A stretch of 64,000 nt of DNA, taken from the NCBI GenBank assembly GCA_963664435.2, contig CAXXKM010000002.1, positions 224,001 through 288,000 of the forward strand. Direction: 5' to 3'. The notes under the pieces were generated by a model, which worked only from the letters and a program-made list of their open reading frames with translations, was not told the DNA's origin and ran no database searches. This document shows, in pieces, positions 1 through 9,900 of this stretch. The translations under genes and the position numbers were made by a program. This DNA comes from Longimicrobiales bacterium. Lineage in GTDB: Bacteria; Gemmatimonadota; Gemmatimonadetes; Longimicrobiales; Gaopeijiaceae. The number at the start of each line of letters is the position of its first letter. Within the stretch, counting starts at the first letter, position 1.

Positions 1-1284
1 CGTGTGTTCGGCACGGTCGTCGTCGACGGGATCGTGCTCGGTCGCGAGGGGCGCGCCGGTCTTGCGCCGCAGCTGGTCGAGGAGCGCCAGGTACAGACGG
101 TTGACGCCGGCGTCGTTGAAGCGCGAGGCCACCGTGCCGTACACCGGAAGCGCCTCGTCGGGCGCGGTCCACATGCGGTGGTTGCGCCGGTACTGCTTGC
201 GCACGTCCCGGAGCGCGTCCAGCGCCCCCGGGCGGTCGAACTTGTTGATGGCGACCACGTCCGCGTAGTCCAGCATGTCGATCTTCTCGAGCTGGCTGGC
301 GGCGCCGTACTCGGCCGTCATCACGTACAGCGACACATCGGAGTGCCCGACCACTTCGGCGCCGAACTGACCGATCCCGGGCGTCTCGATGATCACCAGG
401 TCGTAGCCGGCGGCCTTGCAGATGTCCACCGCGTGGCGCGCGTGCGGGGACAGGCCGAGGGTCGAGGCGCGGGTGGCCAGCGAGCGCATGTAGACCCGCG
501 GGCTGGCGGCGGCGTTGACCCGGATGCGGTCGCCCAGCAGCGCGCCCCCGGTGCGGCGTTTGGACGGATCCACCGAGACGATCGCGACCCGGCCGTCGGG
601 GGTGCCGGACAGGTAGCGCCGCACCAGCTCGTCCACCAGCGACGACTTGCCCGAGCCGCCCGTGCCCGTGACGCCCAGCACCGGCACGCGCCGCGCGGTC
701 GCCATCTCCGCCACCATCTCCATCGCTTCGGCCGCGCCCGGGTATCCGTTCTCGGCCGCCGAGATCAGGCGCGCGACCGCCCCCACGTCCGCCCGCCCGA
801 GCGCGCGCACGTGGCCCTCCGGATCGTCGAGCGACGAGCGCACCGAACGGCGGGCCCCCTCGAGCACTTCGTCGATCATCCCCTGGAGCCCCATCGCCCG
901 CCCGTCGTCGGGAGAGAAGATCCGGTCGATGCCGCGCCGGTGCAGCTCTTCGACTTCCGTGGGGAGGATGGTCCCGCCCCCGCCGCCGAAGACGCGGATG
1001 TCCGCGCCCCGCTCGCGCAGCAGGTCGCGCACATAGGTGAAGAACTCCATGTGCCCGCCCTGGTACGAGCTGATCGCGATGGCGTGCGCGTCCTCCTGGA
1101 TCGCACACTCGACGATCTCGAGGGCGGAGCGGTTGTGCCCCAGGTGGATGACTTCCGCGCCGGAGTCCTGGAGGATCCGGCGCATCACGTTGATGGCGGC
1201 GTCGTGTCCGTCGAAGAGCGACGCCGCCGTGACTACCCGGATGGGCTGAGCGGTACGCGGCGGGGCGGCAGCAAGGCGATCCAT
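1..1284 (-). CDS. icmF: Fused isobutyryl-CoA mutase/MeaB GTPase IcmF, N-terminal part (runs off window)
   Basis: Absent from the ORF track because there is no stop in the window. Manual translation from ATG 1284 gives MDRLAAAPPRTAQPIRVVTAASLFDGHDAAINVMRRILQDSGAEVIHLGHNRS (B12-binding domain), then MeaB motifs VLGVTGTGGSGKSSLVDEL, GALLGDRIR and INKFD. Confidence 0.92.
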   Translation of the reverse strand, partial: MDRLAAAPPRTAQPIRVVTAASLFDGHDAAINVMRRILQDSGAEVIHLGHNRSALEIVECAIQEDAHAIAISSYQGGHMEFFTYVRDLLRERGADIRVFGGGGGTILPTEVEELHRRGIDRIFSPDDGRAMGLQGMIDEVLEGARRSVRSSLDDPEGHVRALGRADVGAVARLISAAENGYPGAAEAMEMVAEMATARRVPVLGVTGTGGSGKSSLVDELVRRYLSGTPDGRVAIVSVDPSKRRTGGALLGDRIRVNAAASPRVYMRSLATRASTLGLSPHARHAVDICKAAGYDLVIIETPGIGQFGAEVVGHSDVSLYVMTAEYGAASQLEKIDMLDYADVVAINKFDRPGALDALRDVRKQYRRNHRMWTAPDEALPVYGTVASRFNDAGVNRLYLALLDQLRRKTGAPLATEHDPVDDDRAEHT

Positions 1285-1294
1285 CCAGCCTCCT

Positions 1295-2245
1295 TCACGG
1301 CACGATCACCGAGAGCGCCGAGGGGACGACATCCACGCGCACCTTGCCCGTGCGCGACTGATGCACGTCGCCGTCGACCTCGTAACGTACGCGCTCGCCG
1401 AACTGCACGGCAAAAGCGCGATGCTGGCGCAGAGAAACCTCCTTCGCGCCCACATGCCTGCCCTTCTCGGCGAGGCTGAACAGCCGGGCCCGTCCCAGCG
1501 GCGAGGAATCGGCGATCGCGCACGCGTCCAGCCGCCCATCCTCGAGGTCCGCGTCCGGGGCGATCGGGAATCCGCCCCCGAAGATGCGTCCGTTCGATAT
1601 GGTGAGGATGAGGTGCCGTCCCTCGGTCCTCCAGCCACCGCCGTCCGACAGGCGCAGCCGCGAACTCCGGTACAGGAACAACTGCTGCAGGGCGGTGACC
1701 TTGTACAGGACCGCCCCCCGCAGGAAGCGGGCTCTCAGGCTGGCGTCGATGACGGCGATGTCGAAGCCGAAACCCACCAGGTTCAGGAAGTGGCGCGGGG
1801 TATCGCGCCAGGCTGTGCCGGATGCCACCTCCGGATAGGGTGCGGGACGCCACCCCGACACCACCCGCCCCACGTCGATACGGCGGGTCCGGCCCGCCGC
1901 CAGCGCCGCCACCGCCTTCTCCGGGTCGCCGTAGCTGAGCCCGAGGCTCCTGGCGAAGTCGTTCCCGGTTCCCGCAGCCAGCAGGCCCAGCGACACATCC
2001 GTGCGCCCGGATGCCACCACGCGGTCGGCCACCTGGCTGCAGGTGCCGTCGCCCCCCACGGCCACGATCAGCTCCGCCCCGTCGGCGATTGCCTTGCCCG
2101 CGAGTTCGGCTTCCTCGCCCGGCGCCGTGGTCGACGCCCACTCGTAGGCATCGAGGTGCCTGTCGAGGAGCCCACGGTAGAGGGGGAGGCGGCGCGCGCC
2201 CCGTCCGCGGCCGGAAGCCGGGTTGAAGACGACGAAGGTGCGCAC
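1295..2245 (-). CDS. Diacylglycerol/sphingosine kinase family lipid kinase (YegS/DgkB-like)
   Basis: Motifs VFNPASG, AVGGDGT, GTGNDFA, NGRIFGGG, EVDGD. Start is GTG 2245 or CTG 2257, which overlaps the upstream stop. Confidence 0.9.
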   Translation of the reverse strand: MRTFVVFNPASGRGRGARRLPLYRGLLDRHLDAYEWASTTAPGEEAELAGKAIADGAELIVAVGGDGTCSQVADRVVASGRTDVSLGLLAAGTGNDFARSLGLSYGDPEKAVAALAAGRTRRIDVGRVVSGWRPAPYPEVASGTAWRDTPRHFLNLVGFGFDIAVIDASLRARFLRGAVLYKVTALQQLFLYRSSRLRLSDGGGWRTEGRHLILTISNGRIFGGGFPIAPDADLEDGRLDACAIADSSPLGRARLFSLAEKGRHVGAKEVSLRQHRAFAVQFGERVRYEVDGDVHQSRTGKVRVDVVPSALSVIVP

Positions 2246-2253
2246 CCCGTCGC

Positions 2254-2916
2254 TCAGATGTGCTCCAGTTCCTCGAATACCTGGACGCCGTTCCTCATCC
2301 ACTGCTCGCGAAACGGATAAGTGGCCACCTGGTCCAGGGTCAGCTGGGAGGTCATCGGGTGCTCATGCAGCTTCAGCGACCCCAGCTCCTCCTCGTGCTC
2401 GCTGTGCGGCCCCTGCATGTGGATGTCCACCTTGAAGCGGTCGTCGCCGTTGACCATGAACGACTGGTAGAGGTGATCGACCTTCGCCGACCGGTGGTCC
2501 GCGATCTCGAAATCCAGGACGGGCTGGTCTCCGTCGCGCACCTCCACCCGCATGCGTCCGTCCGAGGGCTGGAGGCTGATGTCGAGATCCTTCATGTAGT
2601 GCGGAAGATGCCAGCGCTCGATGGCGTGCTCGCGCGACGCCTCCGTGCTCGTCCCGACGAGGTAGGGGTAGAATGCGGATTTCGCCATACCCTGGCCCGG
2701 ACTCACCAGCGGCGGGACGATGACCGAAAGCACGATCTCCTGATAGGGTCCGACCATGCTGTCGGTGAAGTCGAAGGCGGTGACCGCAAGGATGCTTGCC
2801 TCGTGCTGCACTTCGAGCGGCTGCAGGTGCGGGGGAAGGATGCGGCGGGCATCCGAGGTGGCGATTTCGAAGAAGGCGCTGACCGCCTCCGAATAGTGAT
2901 ACCGGGTCAGGGGCAT
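2254..2916 (-). CDS. Acetoacetate decarboxylase-like superfamily protein
   Basis: C-terminal 220 aa of track ORF 2254..4077, from ATG 2916 overlapping the upstream stop. LPPHLQP and FTDSMVGPYQEIVLSV match the ADC fold pattern. Confidence 0.7.
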   Translation of the reverse strand: MPLTRYHYSEAVSAFFEIATSDARRILPPHLQPLEVQHEASILAVTAFDFTDSMVGPYQEIVLSVIVPPLVSPGQGMAKSAFYPYLVGTSTEASREHAIERWHLPHYMKDLDISLQPSDGRMRVEVRDGDQPVLDFEIADHRSAKVDHLYQSFMVNGDDRFKVDIHMQGPHSEHEEELGSLKLHEHPMTSQLTLDQVATYPFREQWMRNGVQVFEELEHI

Positions 2917-4316
2917 TTTCCGTATTTCTTGAGAATGGAGACGATGATCTCGGCGCCCTCCTTCAACTCCGCCCGGGTGTGGGATGCCGAGATGGACATG
3001 CGGAAACGCGACTTGTGCTTGCCCACCGCCGGGAAGCGGACGGGGTTGATGTAGACGCCCGCGTGCAGCAGATCCTCCGCGATCTGGAAGATGCCGGCAT
3101 CGTCGCGGATCATGATGGAGATCACCTGCGAAGTGGAGTCCCCGACGTCCACGCCCGCCTCGCGCATGAGTGCGTGCATGTAGCGGGCGTTGTCCCACAG
3201 CCTCTCGCGGAGCTCCGGTTCGGACCGGGCGATCTCGAGCGCCTTCAGGAGCCCGGCCGTCACCGGGGGCGGAAGCGCGCAGGAGAAGACGCGGGAACGC
3301 GCGAAGCCGCGCAGATAGTAGATGAGCTCGGCGGGTCCGGCGACGAACCCTCCCAACCCGCCCAGGCTCTTGGAGAAGGTTCCCAGGTGGATGTCGACCT
3401 CGTCGTCGAGACCGAAGTGCTCGGCGACGCCGCGGCCGTTGGGCCCGTAGACGAAGGTGGAGTGCGCCTCGTCGATGAGGAGGCGCGCCCCGTGCTTGCG
3501 GCAAACGTCGACGATCGCGGGCAGATCGGCCACGTCCCCGTCCATCGAGTACACACCCTCGACGACCACCAGCTTCTTGCCGCTGAACCCGTTCAGCTTG
3601 CGGTCCAGATCCGCCGCGTTGTTGTGCTTGAAGAAGCGGGATGTCGCCTTGGACAGGATCATCCCGTCGACGACGCTCGCGTGGGCCAGCTTGTCCGCCA
3701 CCACCAGATCGCCCGGGCGCATCAGGCCGGCGATGAGCCCGACGTTGGCGCTGTAGCCGGTCGGGAAGATGAGTGCGGCTTCCTTGCCCTTGAAGGATGC
3801 GACCTCGTTGGCGAGGCGCTTGTGCAGGTCCGTGGTGCCGGAGAGCACGGGCGATCCGGAGGCGCCTGCCCCGTACTTGCGCACGGCGTCGCAGATGGCC
3901 TCGATCACCTCCGGGCGGTAGGAAAGCCCCAGATAGTTGTAGGACGCGAAGTTGATCAGGCCCTCGAGGTTTTCCCGGGTCTTGGGATCCTCGATCTCGA
4001 CTCGGGTCGCGGGCGCGGAACCCAGCGGCAACCCGTAAAGGTAGTAGCCCGCCCCGAACTCGGCGTCCTTCCACCACTCCCCGAAGGGCTCCAGAATCCC
4101 GAAGGGATCGGTGCCTGCTCCGAAATAGAAGTTGGTGTAATCGTAGTCGCTCAAGCCCCGCAGCGGCGGCCGGTCATCGTCCTGGGGGGTCGAGCCGTGG
4201 GAGGCGCCGCGCGCTCCGTCCGAATCGACGGTAGCGAGATCCGTTGCTCCGCCGGCCGCCGCCTGCCGCGTTGACGCCGAAGCGGATTTCCTGCTAGCGT
4301 TTCGAATGTCACTCAT
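2907..4316 (-). CDS. PLP-dependent alpha-oxoamine synthase, serine palmitoyltransferase-like
   Basis: NFASYNYLGL, PTGYSAN, HASVVDG, EGVYSMDGD, DEAHS and PLP-lysine motif GTFSKS (SPT-type). Lipid-gene neighbourhood, with no bio or tdh genes nearby. Confidence 0.8.
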   Translation of the reverse strand: MSDIRNASRKSASASTRQAAAGGATDLATVDSDGARGASHGSTPQDDDRPPLRGLSDYDYTNFYFGAGTDPFGILEPFGEWWKDAEFGAGYYLYGLPLGSAPATRVEIEDPKTRENLEGLINFASYNYLGLSYRPEVIEAICDAVRKYGAGASGSPVLSGTTDLHKRLANEVASFKGKEAALIFPTGYSANVGLIAGLMRPGDLVVADKLAHASVVDGMILSKATSRFFKHNNAADLDRKLNGFSGKKLVVVEGVYSMDGDVADLPAIVDVCRKHGARLLIDEAHSTFVYGPNGRGVAEHFGLDDEVDIHLGTFSKSLGGLGGFVAGPAELIYYLRGFARSRVFSCALPPPVTAGLLKALEIARSEPELRERLWDNARYMHALMREAGVDVGDSTSQVISIMIRDDAGIFQIAEDLLHAGVYINPVRFPAVGKHKSRFRMSISASHTRAELKEGAEIIVSILKKYGKCP

Positions 4317-4370
4317 ATGTTTGCCCGATGTTCTTCCGATCGGACCACACCCGCCATTCAGGACACGTCA

Positions 4371-5141
4371 TTGGACCTCCGTGGCGCCTTGACTCTCACC
4401 GCGCTCGGCGCGGCGCTACTGGCCTGCGACCTTGTTCAGCGCCTCCTGATCGCACCCATGGCGCGATTGCTGCCGGGGAACCGTGACGCTCTGCTCACGG
4501 AGTGGCAGCGCTTCACGGCCCATGTGGTCATCTTCTTCCTTCGCCATATGGGCGGAGTGCGTTTCGGCGAGTTGCCGGACATCCCGTCAACCCGCGGCGT
4601 GCTGGTGCTCATGAACCACCAGTCGCTGCTCGACATCCCGCTCGTCGTGGCGTCGATGCGCGGCGTCTACCCCCGCATCGTCACGCGCAGGCGATACGCC
4701 CGCGGCGTTCCCCTAATATCCCACATGACAAGGCTGTACCGATACCCCTTGGTCGATGCGAGAGCAACCCTGCGCGGCGAGCTGAAGCGGCTTCGCCGGG
4801 AAGCGGCCGCTTCCACGCATCCCCTCGTCATCTACCCGGAGGGAACCCGGAGCAGGACGGGTCGCATCGGCCCCTTCAAGACGCTGGGGCTGGCGACCAT
4901 TCTGGCGGCGCGCCGCTGGAGCGTGTACGTCGTGGTGGCGGACGGATTGTGGAAGTGGACGCGACTCAGGGACTTCTTCGGAAACCTATCGTTGATGCGC
5001 ACCCGCGTCGAGTGCCTGGGACCCTTCGAATCGCCGGCGGCGGATGCCGATCTGGATGGGTTCATCATGGAGATGCGGGGCGTCATGATCGGAATGCTCG
5101 ACGAAATGCGGGGCGTCCCCACGGCGGCGGAGCCCGTATGA
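4371..5141 (+). CDS. Lysophospholipid (PlsC-like) acyltransferase
   Basis: NHQSLLD (HX4D) and YPEGTRS motifs; N-terminal hydrophobic segment. Probable TTG start at 4371. Confidence 0.88.
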   Translation: MDLRGALTLTALGAALLACDLVQRLLIAPMARLLPGNRDALLTEWQRFTAHVVIFFLRHMGGVRFGELPDIPSTRGVLVLMNHQSLLDIPLVVASMRGVYPRIVTRRRYARGVPLISHMTRLYRYPLVDARATLRGELKRLRREAAASTHPLVIYPEGTRSRTGRIGPFKTLGLATILAARRWSVYVVVADGLWKWTRLRDFFGNLSLMRTRVECLGPFESPAADADLDGFIMEMRGVMIGMLDEMRGVPTAAEPV

Positions 5142-6169
5142 CGAGCTCGGACGCGCCCATCGAGCACCTGGTTTCCGGGCTGCGGGAGACCGGCGGCGAC
5201 GGGCTGCTGGCGGTGCTGGCGTACGGCTCGCGGCTCGTGTCGGCAAGCCCGGACCGGCACAGCGCCTGGGACCTGGTCGTCGTGGTCGAAGACTACCGTG
5301 CGTTCTATCGCGCACTCCACGAAGACGGACACACGGCGCGCAGTGCGACGTTGCTCGCGACCGTGAGCCGCGTGCTGGCTCCGACCGTCATCGCCTTCTG
5401 GCCGGCTCCGCCGGACGGACCGCTGGCCAAGTGCCTCGTCCTCTCGCGCGCCGACTTCCAGCGGGAACTGGGGCCGCGCCGCCTCGACCACTTCTGCCTG
5501 GGCCGGATGGCGCACCACATCTCGGTCGTGCATGCCCGCGACCCGGACGCGGCCGCGTGGGTCGAGGGGCTGGTGGCCCGCGCACGGCAGATGGTGCTCG
5601 ACTGGACGCTCCCGTTTCTGGGGGGTTCGTTCTCCGTGGACGATTTCTGCCGGCGCATGCTCGAGATCTCGTACGCCGGAGAGATCCGGCCGGAACGCGG
5701 AGGCCGGGCAAGCGCCGTGTACGAGGCCCAGCGGGAGACGCTGCGCGGCATCTACACTCCCATCCTGGAGGCCCAGGTGGCGTCGGGGATGCTCGAGCGG
5801 ACGAACGGCAAGTACCGCGCGGCTCATCCCGCGTCGACCGTGGCCCAGCTCAGGCTGAACGCCTACTTCGGCATCAGCAAGGCACGCGCCACCACCCGCT
5901 GGGTCAAGCACATGCTCACGTTCGACAGCTGGTTCCCCTACATCGTGCGCAAGGTCGAACGGCGCACCGGGATGACGATCGAGATCACGCCTCTGGAGCG
6001 GCGCTTCCCCTTCCCGCTCCTGCTCCCCAAGGCGTTGCGGGTGCTGCGGGCACGCGGCCGGGAGCGAAACGGAAGCACAACGACGACGCGGACCGCCGCC
6101 GACAGGACGCACGGACGCCGTACGGCCGGGCCACGCGGCCGGAACCACCCCGGGGGCAAGGTCCCTTGA
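5138..6169 (+). CDS. Pol-beta-type nucleotidyltransferase, Tam41-like (putative phosphatidate/lipid-phosphate cytidylyltransferase)
   Basis: ATGA overlap with the upstream gene. AVLAYGS...WDLVVVVEDY nucleotidyltransferase signature and EISYAGEIR resemble Tam41/Mmp37. Lies between the acyltransferase and the CDP-alcohol phosphotransferase. Confidence 0.65.
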   Translation: MTSSDAPIEHLVSGLRETGGDGLLAVLAYGSRLVSASPDRHSAWDLVVVVEDYRAFYRALHEDGHTARSATLLATVSRVLAPTVIAFWPAPPDGPLAKCLVLSRADFQRELGPRRLDHFCLGRMAHHISVVHARDPDAAAWVEGLVARARQMVLDWTLPFLGGSFSVDDFCRRMLEISYAGEIRPERGGRASAVYEAQRETLRGIYTPILEAQVASGMLERTNGKYRAAHPASTVAQLRLNAYFGISKARATTRWVKHMLTFDSWFPYIVRKVERRTGMTIEITPLERRFPFPLLLPKALRVLRARGRERNGSTTTTRTAADRTHGRRTAGPRGRNHPGGKVP

Positions 6170-6900
6170 GACCCGAGCTGACGGTGCTGGTCGCGGTGGC
6201 GGGGTTCGCGCTCGCCACCATGCCGATCTTCGCGCTGAGTGCCGCCAACCGTGCGGTGGATGCGCTTGAGTCGACCACCCGGGGCAAGTTCGTTCTCGGT
6301 TCCTTTGCGCGCCGCTGGTTCTACTGGTTCGTGCGGCCTGTGGAGAAGGCCTCGCTCGCTCTTGGGCTTGCGCCGCTCTTCTACAACCTGCTCGGGGTTG
6401 CGTTCGGCGGGGTCGCCGGGTGGTTGTTCGCGTCCGGCCGATATGCCATGGGCGGCTGGTCGCTCCTGCTGAGCGGCGTCGCCGATGCCCTGGACGGGCG
6501 CATCGCGCGGGCGCGTGGACTGGCTTCGCCCCGTGGGGCGTTCCTGGACTCGACCCTCGACCGTTTCGCCGAGGTGGCCGCGTTCGTGGGGCTCGCGGTG
6601 GCGTTTCGCGGCTCCGGGGCGGCGCTCGCCGTGGTGGCGGCGGCGCTGGGTGGCTCGCTGCTTGTGAGCTACACGCGCGCGCGCGGCGAGAGCCAGGGCG
6701 TACTGTGCACGGCGGGCGTCATGCAGCGCGCCGAACGGCTCCTGCTGATCGGCTTCGGGGCGATCCTGGACGGCACCGGTTCCGCGCTGCTCGGGCGCGA
6801 CGCGGGCACGGTCCTGCTGGCCGTGCTCACGGTGACCGCGGTGGGCACCATGGCGACCGCCGTCTTCCGCACGGTGTGGATCGCGCGAAGACTGACGTAA
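6166..6900 (+). CDS. CDP-alcohol phosphatidyltransferase family protein
   Basis: Signature DALDGRIARARG...GAFLDSTLD; multiple TM helices; TTGA overlap start. Confidence 0.92.
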   Translation: MRPELTVLVAVAGFALATMPIFALSAANRAVDALESTTRGKFVLGSFARRWFYWFVRPVEKASLALGLAPLFYNLLGVAFGGVAGWLFASGRYAMGGWSLLLSGVADALDGRIARARGLASPRGAFLDSTLDRFAEVAAFVGLAVAFRGSGAALAVVAAALGGSLLVSYTRARGESQGVLCTAGVMQRAERLLLIGFGAILDGTGSALLGRDAGTVLLAVLTVTAVGTMATAVFRTVWIARRLT

Positions 6901-6981
6901 CGTCAGGGTTTGGGGCGCGGGGGACGCTGCGGTCCAAACAGATGTTCCGGCAATAGTCGCCCCGGCCGAGTCGACCCTGCT

Positions 6982-9900
6982 CTACGCGCCGCCCCGCCGC
7001 ACCGGCATCGTCACCGCTTCACCGGGGTCGGGCCGGATCCCCCGCTCGTCCAGCTGCCGGTAGAGGGCGGGCATCTCGTCGGCCACGATCTCGTTCAGCC
7101 GCTCGATCAGGGGAGGCACCCTCTCCCAGGCCCGGTCGAGCTGCCAGAGCTGGTCGGCGGTGGGGCGCGTGCTGGATGACTCGATGGCGCCGGCGCCGCG
7201 CGCGCCCGCGGCGGCCTGGTTGATGTCGCGCCCGAGTTCGCGCGCTTCCTCGAGCAGGCCGCTCACCTCTTCGCTCAACTCCTCGGGGGTCTCTTCCTGT
7301 TCGCGCAGGAGGGAGCTGACCTCCATGAGCTGGGTGGTGACGCGCCGGACGGCCTGACCGGCCTCGTAGACGGGACCGGCGAGGTCGTAGGCGCTCATCA
7401 GCGCCGCCTGGCGGGTCTCCAGGTCCGCGCGGCTCATCTCGACCCGGGGATCCAGGCGGATCGCCACCTGCCGTTCCTGCGTCACGCCGGCAGTCTCCAG
7501 CCGCACCGTATAGGTGCCGGGGAGCACCCGCGGGCCGCGCGCCTGGCCGCCCCCGAAGCCTCCGCCGAACTGCTGGGCCGGACCCGAGGGCGTGTAGGGC
7601 GGTTCGATCCGGAGATCCCATCTCACCTGCTGAATGCCCGCGGCCGCCGGCCCGGTGAGTTCGCGCACCACCTCGCCGCCGCCGCCAAGGATGGTGATCT
7701 TCGCCTGTCCCGACGCGTCTGCGGCGGCCTCCCGGCCACCGGCATCGCCGTCCCCACCGTTTCCGGGCGGCGACGCGGCCACCACACCACCCCCCGCGCC
7801 GGCCTCTCCGACGTAATAGCGGATGAGCGCCCCGGCCGGCGGATTGGGCGACACGTACACCCCGGGCGTCCATCCCTGGGGCGTGTAGGGGTTGTACAGG
7901 GTGGCCCGCCGCACCGGGAACAGGTGCGCGTCGGCGGCCAGCACCTCCGCGGTCAGGCCCTCCAGGGGAGCGATGTCCTCCATGATGTAGATTCCGCGCC
8001 CGTGCGTCCCCAGCACCAGGTCGTTCTCGCGCGGGTGGATCTTGATGTCGTCCACCGGCACCGCGGGCAGACCGTTGGCGAGGGCCATCCACTGCTCCCC
8101 GCCGTCCACCGAGAAGAACACCCCCACCTCGTTGCCCACGAAGAGCAGTCCGGCGGTGCGGTGGTGCTCGGTGATCACGTTGACCGAGGTCGCGGGCAGG
8201 CCGTCAACGATGCGGCGCCAGTTCTCGCCGTAATCCGTGCTCGCGTAGACGTGGGCGGCGAAGTCGTTGTTGCGGTGGCCGTCGAAGGTGGCGTAGACGG
8301 TGGCGACGTCGTGCGCCGAGGCGACCACCCGGCTCACGTAGGTGCGCTCGGGCAGCCCGGGGATGTTGCCGGTGACGTCCGTCCAGGAAGCGCCGCCGTC
8401 CCGCGTCACGTGCACCCTGCCGTCGTCGCTGCCCACGTAGAGGAGCCCCGCGTCGAACGGCGACTCCGAGATCGTCTCCAGGTTGCCGTAGGACGCCTGT
8501 CCGTCGTTGGCCGACATCTGCGGTTCCGAGCCGGCCACTCCCATGATCTCCAGCTCGGCACGGTCCATCGCGTGAGTCAGATCGGGGCTGATCTCCTCCC
8601 AGGTCATCCCGAGATCGCGCGAGCGGAAGAGCACGTTGCTGCCCACGTAGACGGTGTTCTCGTCGTGCTGCGACAGGAGCACCGGGGTGTCCCAGTTCCA
8701 GCGAAGCTCCCTCTCCTCGTCATCTTCCAGGGGACGCCCCACGGGCCGCATGCGGGTGCGCTCCATGGTCACCAGGTCGACGCGCATGAGGTTGCCCCCC
8801 TGCGACTCCGAGAACATCATCCGCGGGTTGTCCGGATGCATGACGGTGTAGAAGCCGTCCCCGCCCCCCACGTTGTACCAGTCGCGCGTGCGGATGCCCT
8901 GGTTGGACCAGGTGTCGCTCGGGGCGCACCAGGAGCCGTTGTCCTGCAGTCCGCCGCACACGTGATAGGGCTCGCGCATGTCCACGCCGATCTCGTAGAA
9001 CTGCGCAAGGGGGATGTTGGTCAGCTGGCGCCATGTGCGCGAGCGGTCCCAGCTGATCGCGATGCCGCCGTCTCCGCCGAGGATGAGATGGTCGGAGTTG
9101 GCGGGGTCGATCCACATGGCATGGTGATCGGGATGAACCTCGCTGGCGGCGTCGGGGGTGAAGGTGTTGCCCCCGTCGAGCGACTTGTACAGGCTCGACC
9201 CGGCCGTGTAGATGCGCTCGGGGTCGTCGGGATCGACCCAGATCTGGCTGTAATACATGGGCCGGTTGTTGGTCGTGCTGATCTGTTCCCAGGTCTCGCC
9301 CCGGTCGGTGGAACGGTAGACGCCGTTGCGCGAGGAGCCGCTCCCGCCGCCGCCGAAGCCCTGCCCGGGCGTGCGCTTGTCGGCCTCCACGATGGCGAAC
9401 ACCAGGTTGCCGTCGCCCCGGTAGATGTCCAGCCCGATGCGTCCCATGTCGCCATCGGGGAGCCCGTCCGTGAGCTCCACCCAGGAAGCCCCCCCGTCGG
9501 TGGTGCGGTGGATGCCGCTCCCGGGCCCGCCCCCGTTGAAGCCCCACGCGGTGCGCCGACGCTGGTACATGGCGGCGAACAGGGTCTCGGGATCGTTGGC
9601 GTCCATCGCCAGGTCGATGGCCCCCGTGTCCTCGTCCACGAAGAGCACCAGCTCCCAGCTCTCCCCGCCGTCGGTGGTCTTGTAGACGCCCCGCTCCGGG
9701 TTGGCGCCCCACAGCCGACCGACCGCCGCCACGTACACGATGGACGGGTCGCGCGGGTGGATGCGGATGCGCGAGATGTGGTGGGTTTCCGCCAGCCCCA
9801 TGTGCCGCCACGTGCGCCCGGCGTCGGTGGATTTGTAGACGCCGTTCCCCCAGGGCGAGCTCTGGCGGTTCTGCGGCTCCCCGCTTCCGACCCACACCAC

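Noticed and set aside
4..1479. 491-aa plus-strand ORF (and similar long antisense ORFs such as 7924..10251, 21703..24405, 27965..31117)
   Set aside because: Shadow frames of real genes on the opposite strand, expected in high-GC DNA; no motifs.
2907..4316. Annotation as bioF or kbl
   Set aside because: The GTFSKS motif and lipid-gene context fit SPT-like enzymes better, and there are no bio or tdh neighbours. Not fully excluded without a phylogeny.
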